A DNA stretch of 64,000 nucleotides from an uncultured Clostridia bacterium (GTDB taxonomy: Bacteria; Bacillota; Clostridia; Christensenellales; UBA1242): the NCBI GenBank assembly GCA_944332185.1, contig CALVJJ010000001.1, forward strand, positions 422 through 64,421. Reading direction: 5' to 3'. This document shows, piece after piece, positions 48,619 through 59,414 of the stretch. Within the stretch, counting starts at the first letter, position 1. Every line of letters starts with the position of its first letter. The notes below the pieces were generated by a model. The model was not told where the DNA came from. It did not search any database and saw nothing but the letters and a program-made list of their open reading frames with translations. Made by a program: the position numbers and the translations under genes.

Positions 48619-49422
48619 TTATTGCCAATCTTTCATAGTCAGTGCTATTTGATAAACATCATTTTTTTTGCAATGGTATATTTTTGCTACTTCTTTAATA
48701 GCATCAAGTTTTGGTATGCCTTGCTGCTCAAATATGTGTAATTGTTCTTCTATGGATATAGAAGGCTTGTTTTCTAGTTCTGGTTGCCCCACCACAACCA
48801 CAAACTCTCCTTTGACAACACCCGAATACCCTTCTTCCAATGTTGTCATGACTACTTCTTCATATACTTTTGTCATTTCTCTTACTACTGCCATTTTTCG
48901 ATTGCCTAATATATCATAGATATCTTTCAAATCTTGTTCTAGATGATGTGGGCTAACATAGATCACAAGTGCTGTTTTTACATTCAAAAATTCTTGCAAC
49001 AATGCTTCTCTATCTTTTTTCTTATCTGGTAAAAATCCTAAAAAGGTAAATGGTGCTGGCAATCCTGATAAAATGAAAGCATTGGTTACAGCACTTGGTC
49101 CAGCCACTACGGTATATGGAATGTGCTCTTTTTGTAAAGCTTGTACTAGTATATATCCAGGATCGCTGATGACAGGAAGTCCTGCATCAGAAATAATGGC
49201 AATATTTTTTTCTTTTGCATCATGAAGGATTTTTTGAGATGCTTCTTTTTCATTAAATTTGTGATAAGCTACTAGTTTTGTATGAATATCATATTGATTC
49301 AAAAGCACTCTACTTGTCCTAGTATCTTCACAAGCAATATAGTCTACTTCTTTTAATACTTCTATTGCGCGCAAGGAAATATCTTTCAAATTCCCTATTG
49401 GTGTTCCTACAAAATATATCAT
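48619..49422 (-). CDS. rsmI: 16S rRNA (cytidine1402-2'-O)-methyltransferase
   Basis: MIYFVGTPIGNLKDISLRAIEVLKEVDYIACEDTR and ISDAGLPVISDPG are the RsmI (tetrapyrrole-methylase fold) signature. Confidence 0.9.
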   Translation of the reverse strand: MIYFVGTPIGNLKDISLRAIEVLKEVDYIACEDTRTSRVLLNQYDIHTKLVAYHKFNEKEASQKILHDAKEKNIAIISDAGLPVISDPGYILVQALQKEHIPYTVVAGPSAVTNAFILSGLPAPFTFLGFLPDKKKDREALLQEFLNVKTALVIYVSPHHLEQDLKDIYDILGNRKMAVVREMTKVYEEVVMTTLEEGYSGVVKGEFVVVVGQPELENKPSISIEEQLHIFEQQGIPKLDAIKEVAKIYHCKKNDVYQIALTMKDWQ

Positions 49423-49423
49423 A

Positions 49424-50101
49424 CTATTCCTCTATTTTTAATCCTACTTTTCCATCTTTGACAGCTTCCAACAATACAACAGACATTCCTTTTTTACTAG
49501 GTAATATCTTTAATCGTTTTGGTTCTAGTCCAAATGTACTACATAAATACATCATCTCTGCCATACGGTAAGACTTGTGTACAAGAGCTAATCTTCCTCC
49601 ATATTTTAAAAGTTTGCTTGCCTCTTCAATAACTTCTTTTAGTGTCACAGCAATTTCATGCCTAGCTATTGCAATAGAAGGATCTACACTAATTTGACTC
49701 CCATCGACCACTTTATATGGTGGATTGCAGGTGACTAAATCATAACAATCTTTTCCAATTTTGTCACTAATACCTTGTAATTTGTCATTAACAACTTTAA
49801 TATTGTCAATATTATTGTATTCTAAAGATCGTTTTGCCATATCTGCCATGGAAGATTGGATTTCTACCAATGTACAAGAATTTCCTTTTCCTTTTGCCAT
49901 AGCCAGTATGCCTACCACTCCACTTCCAGCACAAAGGTCTACCATATTTTCTCTAGGTTTTACCTTGACAAAATTCGCCAAAGCCACAGCATCTGTTGTG
50001 AATCGATATTGCTTTTTATTCTGTATTAACCACAAATTATGATACTGTAGATCTTCCAATGCTTCATCTTGATACAAGACTACGTTATGCTTCTTTTCCA
50101 T
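49424..50101 (-). CDS. SAM-dependent N6-adenine methyltransferase, TrmN6/YabB-like
   Basis: VDLCAGSGVVG SAM motif and NPPY motif (TCNPPYK). It sits at the yabB position between yaaT and rsmI. Confidence 0.75.
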   Translation of the reverse strand: MEKKHNVVLYQDEALEDLQYHNLWLIQNKKQYRFTTDAVALANFVKVKPRENMVDLCAGSGVVGILAMAKGKGNSCTLVEIQSSMADMAKRSLEYNNIDNIKVVNDKLQGISDKIGKDCYDLVTCNPPYKVVDGSQISVDPSIAIARHEIAVTLKEVIEEASKLLKYGGRLALVHKSYRMAEMMYLCSTFGLEPKRLKILPSKKGMSVVLLEAVKDGKVGLKIEE

Positions 50102-51002
50102 GTTTTTTATTTCTCATTCGTTTTTTATTTTTAGCGGGTTCGCTCTTGTTTTCTAACTCTTGACTTGTGATTTCTTTTTGAGACTGTACTTTTCCTTCTT
50201 GTGTTCTTTGTGGAAAGGTAAGATCACTTACTGCATAGACCACCAATTTTGGCATATCATTGACAATCATTTTGACAGTTACCATTTCCTTTAAGATATC
50301 ATTGTAATAGACTGTACCCTCTCCTGCTGGAGTTGTGACTACACTACCCATCTTTGGCATTTTTTTAGCAATGGCTTGATAATGTTCATCTTCAAAGGCT
50401 AGACAACACATAAGTCTTCCACACATACCACTGATTTTTGATGGTGTCAAACTTAAATTTTGATTCTTAGCCATTTTGATACTAACTTTATCAAAATCCG
50501 ATAAGTATTGTTTGCAGCACGTTTCTTTGCCACATACTCCAATAGCTCCTATTTCTTTGACTTGATCTCTTACCCCGATTTGCTTAAGTTCGATTCTAGA
50601 TTTTAATTGTTGTGCAAGATCTTTGACCAATTCTCGAAAATCTACTCTGTCTTCACTTAGAAAACTAATGACGATTTTATTCCCTTCAAAAGGAAAATCA
50701 ATGGATACAATTTTTAAGTGTAATTGATATTTTTCTACTGCTTTTTCTACTTTTTTTCTTACTTCCTCTTGCTTTAGATATAATTTTTTTTGTTTTTCAA
50801 GATCTTTTTCTGTAGCAATTCTCACAACTTTACTTTCTGCAATAGACTCATTTACTTCTTGATTGGACATCACAACAGTTGCTATTTCCAAACCTTTAGG
50901 TGTTTCCACCACTACTTTATCTCCTTTTTGGCAAGTAAGACCATTTGTCAAATAGTCATATACTTTGCCACCTTTTTTAAAGTTGACTTTTACGATTTGC
51001 AT
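50085..51002 (-). CDS. ricT: PSP1-domain protein YaaT/RicT (stage 0 sporulation protein)
   Basis: VKVNFKKGGKVYDY..., the cysteine cluster GVCGKETCCKQYL...GMCGRLMCCLAFE, and a position downstream of holB. Confidence 0.85.
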   Translation of the reverse strand: MQIVKVNFKKGGKVYDYLTNGLTCQKGDKVVVETPKGLEIATVVMSNQEVNESIAESKVVRIATEKDLEKQKKLYLKQEEVRKKVEKAVEKYQLHLKIVSIDFPFEGNKIVISFLSEDRVDFRELVKDLAQQLKSRIELKQIGVRDQVKEIGAIGVCGKETCCKQYLSDFDKVSIKMAKNQNLSLTPSKISGMCGRLMCCLAFEDEHYQAIAKKMPKMGSVVTTPAGEGTVYYNDILKEMVTVKMIVNDMPKLVVYAVSDLTFPQRTQEGKVQSQKEITSQELENKSEPAKNKKRMRNKKHGKEA

Positions 51003-51970
51003 AAATATCTTACCTCCAAAATACTTAATAATAATTCATCAATCACTCCTTGTAAAACACAATTAGATTGAATCATTTTTTTACTTTCATTGATTTTTGC
51101 AACAATCGTAGCAATAGCCTGATCACTATATCTAAATGGCATATTCGCAAAACTTTCCGTGTCGACTACATATTGTAATTGATCTAGTGCCCCATGTTGA
51201 TATTTTGCAATATCACTAATGATTTGTTCTAGCATATTCAAACATTCTTGAATTCTATCTTTGTATTGCAACAGTTGATAACTATAAGCAATTACTTCAC
51301 TACTATGTCCCATTTTTGTCAAAATAGAAAGACAAATATTTTTCATCGCTTGATAATCATTATCTTGGTACAATTTTACAGCTAATGATAAATTACCTTC
51401 ACTTGACATTACCACGTCTTCTAGCCCCGTTTTTGAGCCGAATTGCCCTATTAAATAAGATGTAATATCTTCTTTAGAACAAGGCAATAGATTGACTTTT
51501 TGACATCTACTCTTAATCGTATTGAGGACTGGTTGTAATGAATGACAACAAAGGATAAAAACCACGCCTGCTGGTGGCTCTTCTAGTGTTTTTAAAAATT
51601 TATTTTGTGCCATTACATTGGCTTGTTCAAAATGATGTATAATCATCACTTTATAAGAACTTTCCATACTGGACAACATCACTTCTCCAATGATCTGTTC
51701 CATATCTTCTACCGTAATCATCTTGTTCTTTACATTGTCGCCAAAATACAAAACATCTGGATGTGTCAAATGTTCTACTTTTTGCTGATCCAACTGTACA
51801 TGAAGACTATTTTTTGTGACTAAGGTTTCAGCCATATATTGTGCCGTGGCTTGCATCATAAGCTCATCAGGACTTACTAACAAATACGCATGATGGATCA
51901 TATTTTGTTGTACTTCTGTGGCAAATTTTTTTGCCCAAGCAGAATGTTGATAAATTTCTTTTCTATTCAT
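50990..51970 (-). CDS. holB: DNA polymerase III subunit delta'
   Basis: 326 aa. HAYLL, then hPDV, then NKFLKTLEEPP and SRCQ motifs (AAA+ clamp-loader delta' pattern). Confidence 0.85.
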   Translation of the reverse strand: MNRKEIYQHSAWAKKFATEVQQNMIHHAYLLVSPDELMMQATAQYMAETLVTKNSLHVQLDQQKVEHLTHPDVLYFGDNVKNKMITVEDMEQIIGEVMLSSMESSYKVMIIHHFEQANVMAQNKFLKTLEEPPAGVVFILCCHSLQPVLNTIKSRCQKVNLLPCSKEDITSYLIGQFGSKTGLEDVVMSSEGNLSLAVKLYQDNDYQAMKNICLSILTKMGHSSEVIAYSYQLLQYKDRIQECLNMLEQIISDIAKYQHGALDQLQYVVDTESFANMPFRYSDQAIATIVAKINESKKMIQSNCVLQGVIDELLLSILEVRYLCKS

Positions 51971-52055
51971 GTATCTATCCTTACTAATGTATGTATTATA
52001 CCATATTTTCTAGCAATAGTCCAAAGATCATATCGAATTGCTTATATTTTCTCAT

Positions 52056-52083
52056 AAAAAAAAGGCATAGGTATGCCTTTTTA
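52056..52083 (-). terminator. rho-independent terminator after greA
   Basis: AAGGCATA-gg-TATGCCTT (52062-52079) flanked by A and T runs, just below the greA stop at 52090. Confidence 0.7.
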
Positions 52084-52089
52084 TACAAT

Positions 52090-52563
52090 TTATTTGATAC
52101 TAACAATTTGTAATTGATAACTACCAGCTTGCGTCTGAACTGTTACCAAATCACCTTTTTTAGATCCTAATAAAGCTTTGCCAATTGGACTTTCGTTACT
52201 CACAAAATTCTTAAAAGGATCAGCCTCAAAACTTCCTGTAATTTTGTATGTATCTTCACTGCCGTCTTCTACATCTTTTACTGTTACAGTAGAACCTACA
52301 GAAACTTTACTGCTATCTAATTTCTTTTCTACAATGATTTCGGCATTACGCAAATTTTCTTCTAATTGTGCAATTTCTTGTGCAAGTTGTGCTTCTGCTT
52401 CACGGGCTGCATCGTATTCACTATTTTCACTAATATCTCCAAAACTTCTAGCTACTTCAATTTTGTTAGCAATCTCTATTCTTGCCTCACTTTTTAAGTA
52501 GTTTAAACGTTTTTTCATTTCGTCATAACCTTCTTTGGTTAAAAATATTTTTTGATCTGACAT
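52090..52563 (-). CDS. greA: transcription elongation factor GreA
   Basis: MSDQKIFLTKEGYDEMKKRLNYLK...DISENSEYDAAREAEAQ... is the canonical GreA coiled-coil plus C-domain. The ATG at 52563 follows GGAGG. Confidence 0.93.
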   Translation of the reverse strand: MSDQKIFLTKEGYDEMKKRLNYLKSEARIEIANKIEVARSFGDISENSEYDAAREAEAQLAQEIAQLEENLRNAEIIVEKKLDSSKVSVGSTVTVKDVEDGSEDTYKITGSFEADPFKNFVSNESPIGKALLGSKKGDLVTVQTQAGSYQLQIVSIK

Positions 52564-52814
52564 AATTTTCCTCCAATAAAAACGAAAGATAGACATTCCT
52601 GTCTATTCTTTCTGGTATTTTTTATATAAGATAGAACCTATCTATTTTTTCGTATACACAATACTATCACAAAAGCAATTTTTATGCAAGCAAAAAATGA
52701 ATTTTTATAAAAAAACCCGTAATTTTTTAATTTCTTTTTGGATCATAAGCATTTTTATTTACTAATCTAAAAATTTATGATACTATACAAGATATATGCA
52801 AAAAGGAAAAAATT

Positions 52815-53078
52815 ATGATAAAAATTTGGGCAAAAGTGATAAAAAATAATAAAACAAAAAAAGATTATGTTTTGTTTGATCCAGATAAACTCTTTGAACT
52901 GAACGATTTGAGAGAATATTTGAACGCCATCTGCGAACAATTAGATCTAGAAAATCCCATTCTTTTAGATCAACATTTGGTACAATTAGTGGAATATCGT
53001 GTCATGAAATTCTTGCCAACAGACTTTATTGACGTTTTTCCTTATGACAAATTAGAAATTCATAATCTTAGTGAATAA
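52815..53078 (+). CDS. hypothetical 87-aa protein
   Basis: ORF with a weak AAAGGAAAA RBS and no recognisable motif. Confidence 0.45.
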   Translation: MIKIWAKVIKNNKTKKDYVLFDPDKLFELNDLREYLNAICEQLDLENPILLDQHLVQLVEYRVMKFLPTDFIDVFPYDKLEIHNLSE

Positions 53079-53137
53079 ATACATATTTTTAAAATTTTCT
53101 CAAATACTACATAAAAAAGCAGTGAGGAGAGAAAATT

Positions 53138-53527
53138 ATGATATCATTAGTTGCACTAGTAGTTTTGATGATTGGAGGGTTAAACTGGTTTTGTATTGGC
53201 GCTTTGCAATATGATTTTGTGGCTGGATTATTTGGTAGTCAAGCCAATATATTTTCCAGATTAGTCTATGTATTGGTAGGAATATCTAGTATTTTAGTAG
53301 GATATTTTGCAATCAAAAATAAAGGTAAAGTGGTAAGTTTTCAAAAGATGAAAAATATGTTACCAAAAAAAGAAAAACAAGAGCAAGAATCTACACCAAT
53401 TCAAGAATATTCCATACCAAAGACAGATTACCATCACCACGATGAAAATCATGCTACAAACACACAAAATACCCATCATTACCACAATAACTCTAATGAC
53501 TTAGATCATTTTGATGACAAAGACTAA
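53138..53527 (+). CDS. DUF378-family small membrane protein with a His-rich C-terminal tail
   Basis: IGGLNWFCIGALQYDFVAGLFG is the DUF378 signature. The tail is DYHHHDENHATNTQNTHHYHNNSNDLDHFDD. RBS GAGGAG. Confidence 0.7.
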   Translation: MISLVALVVLMIGGLNWFCIGALQYDFVAGLFGSQANIFSRLVYVLVGISSILVGYFAIKNKGKVVSFQKMKNMLPKKEKQEQESTPIQEYSIPKTDYHHHDENHATNTQNTHHYHNNSNDLDHFDDKD

Positions 53528-53590
53528 CAGCTATTTTATCACATATTGCAAACACACAATTATACGTATAAATAGTAAACCCATAAGTAT

Positions 53591-53619
53591 AAAAAAATGG
53601 AAGTTGCCTTCCATTTTTT
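53591..53619. terminator. bidirectional terminator between the DUF378 gene and rplA
   Basis: ATGGAAG-ttgc-CTTCCAT (53597-53614) flanked by A7 and T8. Confidence 0.8.
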
Positions 53620-54306
53620 TTAGTTCATTTTGTAGTCCACTTTGATTCCAGGACCCATTGTGCTAGACAATGTAACAGATTTGATATATTGTCCTTTAGC
53701 AGCAGCTGGTTTTGCTTTGACGATAGCAGACATAATTACATTTAGGTTTTCAGCTAATTTTTCAACACCAAAACTTACTTTACCAATCATAACGTGGATA
53801 TTGTTCGTTTTGTCTAGTCTGTATTCTACTTTACCAGCTTTGATATCCTTTAAGGCTTTTACAACATCAGTTGTAACTGTTCCACTTTTTGGGTTTGGCA
53901 TAAGGCCTTTAGGTCCCAAAATTTTAGCGATACGGCCAATAACAGGCATCATATCTGGAGTAGTGATACAAGCATCAAAACCTAACCAACCTTGTTGAAT
54001 TTTAGCAATCATATCTTCTGCTCCAACAAAGTCAGCGCCATTTTTAGCAGCTAGATCAGCATTGTCTCCACGAGCAATGACAAGAACTTTTACACTCTTA
54101 CCTGTTCCATGTGGCAATACAACAACGCCTCTAACTTGTTGATCAGCGTTACGTCCATCAACTCCAAGTCTTACGTGCAATTCAACAGTTTCATCGAATT
54201 TTGCTTTTGCAGTTTTCTCTACTAATTGAAGAGCATCTTCTACGGAGTAAGCAACTGTTTTGTCAACAAGTTTTGCACTTTCTACGTATCTTTTACCTTT
54301 TTTCAT
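53620..54306 (-). CDS. rplA: 50S ribosomal protein L1
   Basis: 228 aa. KKGKRY...[14 protein letters not shown]...[15 protein letters not shown] is canonical L1. Confidence 0.97.
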   Translation of the reverse strand: MKKGKRYVESAKLVDKTVAYSVEDALQLVEKTAKAKFDETVELHVRLGVDGRNADQQVRGVVVLPHGTGKSVKVLVIARGDNADLAAKNGADFVGAEDMIAKIQQGWLGFDACITTPDMMPVIGRIAKILGPKGLMPNPKSGTVTTDVVKALKDIKAGKVEYRLDKTNNIHVMIGKVSFGVEKLAENLNVIMSAIVKAKPAAAKGQYIKSVTLSSTMGPGIKVDYKMN

Positions 54307-54359
54307 TTTCTTTCCTCCTTGTGGTATTTGCGAATAATTTATAGTGTTTATTCTCCCAC

Positions 54360-54791
54360 TTACTCAATTACGGTAACACCCATGCTTCTGCATGTGCCCA
54401 TAATCATGCTCATTGCAGCATCTAGGGAAGCAGCATTAAGATCTGGCATCTTTAGTTCTGCAATTTCTTTTACTTGTGCTTTTGTAATAGTAGCAACTTT
54501 TGTCTTTTTAGAGTTAGCAGATCCACTTTGAATGTTGCAAGCTTTCTTAACTAAAACTGCAGCAGGTGGAGTTTTTAGCACATAAGTAAAACTTCTGTCT
54601 GTGTAAATTGTAATCACAACTGGTATAACAAGACCTGCTTGACTAGCTGTCTTTTCGTTGAAATCTTTGGTAAACATAGGAATATTGATTCCATGAGGAC
54701 CAAGAGTAGATCCAACTGGAGGACCAGCAGTAGCTTTACCAGCTTCCAATTGCAATTTTACAACTGCTTTGACTTTCTTTTCTTGAGCCAT
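54360..54791 (-). CDS. rplK: 50S ribosomal protein L11
   Basis: [26 protein letters not shown] is canonical L11. Confidence 0.97.
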   Translation of the reverse strand: MAQEKKVKAVVKLQLEAGKATAGPPVGSTLGPHGINIPMFTKDFNEKTASQAGLVIPVVITIYTDRSFTYVLKTPPAAVLVKKACNIQSGSANSKKTKVATITKAQVKEIAELKMPDLNAASLDAAMSMIMGTCRSMGVTVIE

Positions 54792-54906
54792 TGTATTTTT
54801 CCTCCTTACCTAATCGGTAATGTGTGGTTGTAACAAAACGCATACAAGATTTACGTTTCTCCCACAATATATATTAACTATCTTTTGCAAGATACCTAAT
54901 ACCAAA

Positions 54907-55476
54907 CTAATTGATTTTTCTTACTTGACCTAGTTGTAACTCAACCGGTGTTTCTCGTCCAAACATTTCGACATTGATTTTGACCTTTTGATTAGGAACG
55001 TCTACTGAAACGACATTGCCTACAAATCCATTTAATGCCCCTTCCAAAATCTCTACTTTGTCATCTTTTTCAAGATTGACATCAACAACAGTGACTTTTT
55101 CAAGACGCATTTTGTGAACTTCTTCATCGGTTAGTGGTAAAGGTCTACCTTTAGGACCAGCAAAGCTTTTAATTCCTCTAGTATACTTTGCCACAGCATG
55201 CCAAATATCATCTCCATAAATCATTTTAACAAAGATATATCCTGGCATACCTTTACGGCTGACAACTTTTTGTTTGCCGTTTTTTTCTTCTACAACATCT
55301 TCCATTGGAATTACAATATCAAAAATACGATCTTGCAAACCATATTTTTCGATCACTAATTCCAAATTTTGTTTTGCGACATTCTCATATCCAGTCATTG
55401 TACTCAAAACATACCAATTTTTCTTTTTGTCTGCAATGTTTTCTGTTTTCTGTGGTTGATCTTTTATTTCTTCCAT
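54907..55476 (-). CDS. nusG: transcription termination/antitermination factor NusG
   Basis: KNWYVLSTMTGYENVAK...PGYIFVKM... plus a KOW motif at the C-terminus. It sits at the secE-nusG-rplK position. Confidence 0.93.
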   Translation of the reverse strand: MEEIKDQPQKTENIADKKKNWYVLSTMTGYENVAKQNLELVIEKYGLQDRIFDIVIPMEDVVEEKNGKQKVVSRKGMPGYIFVKMIYGDDIWHAVAKYTRGIKSFAGPKGRPLPLTDEEVHKMRLEKVTVVDVNLEKDDKVEILEGALNGFVGNVVSVDVPNQKVKINVEMFGRETPVELQLGQVRKIN

Positions 55477-55487
55477 TCCTAAACTCC

Positions 55488-55784
55488 TTATGCAGAATAT
55501 GCCTTAACTAATAAGTCATATAAAAAACTAAGACCTCTATCCAAAGCAAAAAGCACTAAAGTACAAAGCACCACAACACCGATAACAATGCTGGTTGTTT
55601 TGACCACTTTACCAAATGTAGGCCAAGTGACTTTTTTCAGTTCTGAAATCGTACCTTTAGTCCCTTTGACTAAAGCATTTTGTTTCTTTTCTTTCTTAGC
55701 AGGTTTTTTGGTTGCCTTTGTTTTTTCTTTTGTCGTGTTTTGAGAAGTATCAACTACTTCTTCATTTACAACTTTTTTTGCCAT
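55488..55784 (-). CDS. secE: preprotein translocase subunit SecE
   Basis: ELKKVTWPTFGKVVKTTSIVIGVVVLCTLVLFALD is the SecE C-terminal TM signature. It lies between rpmG and nusG. Confidence 0.85.
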   Translation of the reverse strand: MAKKVVNEEVVDTSQNTTKEKTKATKKPAKKEKKQNALVKGTKGTISELKKVTWPTFGKVVKTTSIVIGVVVLCTLVLFALDRGLSFLYDLLVKAYSA

Positions 55785-55802
55785 AATCTTATTCCTTACT
55801 AA

Positions 55803-55952
55803 TTATTTTGTTTCTTTATGAAGTGTATGTTTTTTACAAAATGGACAGTATTTCATGAATTCAATTCTATCTGGATCATTCTTTTTATTTTTGTCTGTAT
55901 TGTAATTTCTTTGTTTGCATTCTGTGCATGCTAAAATAACTTTATCTCTCAT
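55803..55952 (-). CDS. rpmG: 50S ribosomal protein L33
   Basis: Not in the ORF track (49 aa). My translation is [61 protein letters not shown] precedes the ATG at 55952. Confidence 0.93.
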   Translation of the reverse strand: MRDKVILACTECKQRNYNTDKNKKNDPDRIEFMKYCPFCKKHTLHKETK

Positions 55953-56101
55953 AAATTCCTCCCACAATCAGTGCTATTTTTGATAGATATACCCATAAAA
56001 AAATAGGTGAAATTAAAAACACCTATTCTAATGTACTATGATTATACTATACCCTTACAAAAAATGCAAGAGTTTTTCATAAATTATATGAAATAATTGA
56101 C

Positions 56102-56129
56102 AAAAAAAGTGGCTACTCACCACTCTTTT
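56102..56129 (-). terminator. rho-independent terminator after rpsR
   Basis: AGTGG-ctactca-CCACT (56108-56124), followed on the minus strand by a U-run. It abuts the stop at 56130. Confidence 0.7.
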
Positions 56130-56402
56130 TTAGTCTCCAACATATGGAATAAGTGCCATGAATCTAGCACGTTTAATAGCAGTTGTCAATTCTCTTTGAT
56201 GTTTTGCACAAGTGCCTGTTTGTCTTCTAGGAACAATCTTACCTTTTTCAGTAATGTATCTTTTTAATTTTGCTACATCTTTGTAGTCAATATATTCTGC
56301 TTTTTCAGCACAGAAAGCACAAACTTTCTTTCTAGAAGTTTTTTTAGGACGCTTGGAGAATTTTTCATCAACAACTTCAACTTGTTTTTTATCTGCGCTC
56401 AT
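56130..56402 (-). CDS. rpsR: 30S ribosomal protein S18
   Basis: [45 protein letters not shown] is canonical S18. Confidence 0.97.
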   Translation of the reverse strand: MSADKKQVEVVDEKFSKRPKKTSRKKVCAFCAEKAEYIDYKDVAKLKRYITEKGKIVPRRQTGTCAKHQRELTTAIKRARFMALIPYVGD

Positions 56403-56419
56403 TTTTATCTCCTTTTTTA

Positions 56420-56824
56420 CTAAAATGGAAGACCATCATCGTCAATAGGTTTTAATTTTGTTACTTCTTCTGAAGCATCTTCCTTTTTCATTTCGTTATT
56501 GTCACTGTTTCTAGATCCCAAGAATTCTACTTCTTCTGCAACTACTTCAGTTACATAACGTTTTGTCCCATCTGGGGCATCATAACTACGATTTTGGACA
56601 TTACCAATAATAGCAGTTTGACTGCCTTTTTTTAAGAATTTGTGACAAGTTTCGCCTAACGCACGCCATACAACAATGTTAAAGAAATCTGTTTCTCTTT
56701 CCCCTTCAGAGTTGGTAAAACGACGAGGGACAGCCAAACTCATACGACAAACACTCACGCCACTTGTTGTGGTTGTTAATTCTGGATCTTTGGTAAGTCT
56801 ACCAATCAAAATGATTTTATTCAT
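56420..56824 (-). CDS. ssb: single-stranded DNA-binding protein
   Basis: [16 protein letters not shown]... OB fold ending in DDDGLPF. It sits at the rpsF-ssb-rpsR position. Confidence 0.95.
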   Translation of the reverse strand: MNKIILIGRLTKDPELTTTTSGVSVCRMSLAVPRRFTNSEGERETDFFNIVVWRALGETCHKFLKKGSQTAIIGNVQNRSYDAPDGTKRYVTEVVAEEVEFLGSRNSDNNEMKKEDASEEVTKLKPIDDDGLPF

Positions 56825-56845
56825 ACTATTTCCTCTTTTTGTTTA

Positions 56846-57133
56846 TTAAGCATCTTGACGCAAACACAAGGTTCTCATCACTGCTTCATCAATATTCATT
56901 AGATAATTGATTCTAGCTGGAATGGTTTGATTTGCTTCAAAATTGAAAAGAACATAATATCCTTCGTTTTTATAATTGATAGGATAAGCAAGTTTTTTAA
57001 CACCAATTTTGTTCAAACCAGTTACTTTTCCACCATCTTTTTCAATCAAATCAACATATTTTTGAACAACAGCATCTTTTTGTTCGTCATTCAAACTTGC
57101 TGAAAAAATGGTAAGCATTTCGTACTTGTTCAT
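56846..57133 (-). CDS. rpsF: 30S ribosomal protein S6
   Basis: MNKYEMLTIF...KLAYPI...GYYVLFNF is canonical S6. Confidence 0.95.
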   Translation of the reverse strand: MNKYEMLTIFSASLNDEQKDAVVQKYVDLIEKDGGKVTGLNKIGVKKLAYPINYKNEGYYVLFNFEANQTIPARINYLMNIDEAVMRTLCLRQDA

Positions 57134-57362
57134 TTGTTACCTCCTTATGGTCATTATTGGCTAGTTACCTAGCAAGGAAAAATGATAGAATCTTGCTACA
57201 TTTTCTCATAATCACAAATTTCTATCAATCACATTGTATCATAAAGTTATGAAAAAAGCAAGCATATTTTTTAAGTGTAAAAAAATAAGTAGGACTCTTC
57301 CTACTTATAAATTTCTATATAAAACACTGAAAAATGTAAAACGATCCTAGCAAAACAAAAAA

Positions 57363-57851
57363 CTATCTTTCTATTTCTTCCTCTTCTTCGTTTTCTAACT
57401 GTTCTTTACTTTGTTGCTGTTGTTTTTTTGCTTTTTCTGCCATACGTTTTGTATCTAGCAAGATTTCTTGTTCTAGATTGTCTAATGGAGTAGTAGGTTC
57501 TACTTTAATAGGCTCTACGGACTTATTTTTTTCTTCTTGTACCATAGGTCTATCCTCTTCTTTTTCTTTTGTTGCCAACAAAATGTCTTGTACTTCTTTA
57601 TTTAGTTCATCAACTTTTTCTGCATGAAAACGTTGATCATACTGATGATAATGCAGTATCGATTGTTCAATACCACTTCCCAGAATAGTAGAACCAGCAA
57701 AAACCACACACCCAATAGATGTAAAAAACAAAAATAATTTGAAAGGCATAATTGCATTAGGTAAAAATCCACTTGCAAGAAAACTAACAACACCCCCACC
57801 TAACACAGCCCCACTAATTAGCAATCTTTTCTTCCATGAAAACTGTCGCAT
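57363..57851 (-). CDS. hypothetical membrane protein with an acidic coiled-coil tail
   Basis: 162 aa. Two N-terminal TM helices are followed by an E/K/Q-rich tail. RBS AGAGGGA. Confidence 0.55.
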   Translation of the reverse strand: MRQFSWKKRLLISGAVLGGGVVSFLASGFLPNAIMPFKLFLFFTSIGCVVFAGSTILGSGIEQSILHYHQYDQRFHAEKVDELNKEVQDILLATKEKEEDRPMVQEEKNKSVEPIKVEPTTPLDNLEQEILLDTKRMAEKAKKQQQQSKEQLENEEEEEIER

Positions 57852-58136
57852 CTTATATCCCTCTTTTTCTTTCTACCTAAAGCATAGCACAAAAGACAGA
57901 AAAAAACAAATTTTTTAACCAAGAAATTCAAATTCCCAATGGTCTCTAGAAAAAAGTATACGTAAAATAAGTATATTCCCCTATACACTGCACTATTAAA
58001 GGTACAATTATATTTATCTTTACCCTATTATTGATCCATAGTTTTTGATACCTTTTTTACCCGTTGCTTATAGTCCAAAGTATGCAAAAATTTTTATGTC
58101 TTACGGTATTTTAAAAAATAAGATAGATGATAACAA

Positions 58137-58168
58137 TAAAAAAAGCCATGCCAAAGCATGACTTTTTA
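58137..58168 (-). terminator. rho-independent terminator after tuf
   Basis: On the minus strand this reads AGUCAUGC-uuug-GCAUGGCU (one mismatch) followed by a U-run, ~10 nt after the stop at 58178. Confidence 0.65.
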
Positions 58169-58177
58169 TTCTAGTAA

Positions 58178-59383
58178 TTATTCGATAATTTTAGAAACAA
58201 CACCAGAACCAACTGTTCTACCACCTTCACGGATAGCAAAACGTAAACCTTGTTCAATAGCGATTGGAGTGATAAGCTTAATTGTCATATTAATGTTATC
58301 ACCAGGCATAACCATTTCTACACCAGCTGGTAATTCAATTGTACCAGTAACGTCTGTTGTACGGAAATAGAATTGAGGTCTGTAACCATTGAAGAATGGA
58401 GTATGACGTCCACCTTCTTCTTTCTTCAATACGTATACACTAGCTTCGAAGTGTGTATGTGGATGAATTGTACCTGGTTTTGCAAGAACTTGACCTCTTT
58501 CGATATCTTTTCTGTCAACACCACGTAATAATAGACCAACGTTATCACCAGCTTCTGCTTGATCAAGAAGTTTACGGAACATTTCTACACCAGTAACAAC
58601 TGTTTGTTTTTTGCTTCCCATACCAATGATTTCTACAGTGTCACCAATTTTAACTGTACCACGTTCTACTCTACCAGTAGCAACTGTACCACGTCCTGTA
58701 ATGGTGAATACATCTTCAACAGGCATCAAGAATGGTTTGTCTGTTTCACGAACAGGATCTGGAATAAAGCTATCAACAGCATCCATAAGTTCTTGAATAC
58801 AAACAAGGTCTGGACTGTTTAAATCACCTTTTTGAGCAGCCTCCAAAGCTTTAAGAGCACTACCTTTGATGATTGGAGTAGTATCTCCTGGGAAACCATA
58901 TTCATTAAGAAGTTCACGAATTTCCATTTCAACTAATTCGATCATTTCAGTGTCTCCACCAAGTTGATCAATTTTGTTCATGAAAACAACGATATATGGA
59001 ACACCTACTTGACGAGCAAGCAAAATGTGTTCACGAGTTTGAGGCATAGGACCGTCAGTAGCAGCAACAACTAGAATTGCACCATCCATTTGAGCAGCAC
59101 CGGTGATCATGTTTTTAACATAGTCAGCATGTCCTGGGCAGTCAACGTGAGCATAGTGACGTTTTGCTGTTTCGTATTCTACGTGAGCAGTATTGATTGT
59201 AATACCTCTTGCTCTTTCTTCTGGAGCACCGTCGATTTGATCGTATGCTTTAGCTTCACCAAGACCCTTTAGAGCTTGGGTTGTTGTGATAGCAGCAGTA
59301 AGAGTGGTTTTACCATGGTCAACGTGACCAATAGTACCAATGTTTACGTGTGTTTTTGATCTAACATATTTTTCTTTAGCCAT
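58178..59383 (-). CDS. tuf: elongation factor Tu
   Basis: 401 aa. [18 protein letters not shown] and NKID motifs. Full-length canonical EF-Tu. Confidence 0.99.
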   Translation of the reverse strand: MAKEKYVRSKTHVNIGTIGHVDHGKTTLTAAITTTQALKGLGEAKAYDQIDGAPEERARGITINTAHVEYETAKRHYAHVDCPGHADYVKNMITGAAQMDGAILVVAATDGPMPQTREHILLARQVGVPYIVVFMNKIDQLGGDTEMIELVEMEIRELLNEYGFPGDTTPIIKGSALKALEAAQKGDLNSPDLVCIQELMDAVDSFIPDPVRETDKPFLMPVEDVFTITGRGTVATGRVERGTVKIGDTVEIIGMGSKKQTVVTGVEMFRKLLDQAEAGDNVGLLLRGVDRKDIERGQVLAKPGTIHPHTHFEASVYVLKKEEGGRHTPFFNGYRPQFYFRTTDVTGTIELPAGVEMVMPGDNINMTIKLITPIAIEQGLRFAIREGGRTVGSGVVSKIIE

Positions 59384-59414
59384 TATTTTATTATCCTCCT
59401 ATCAAAATTTAAAA

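Noticed and set aside
56420-56824. ssb as an ICE-encoded single-strand-binding protein belonging to the transfer system.
   Set aside because: It sits in the universal rpsF-ssb-rpsR operon 12 kb from the island and is the housekeeping SSB.
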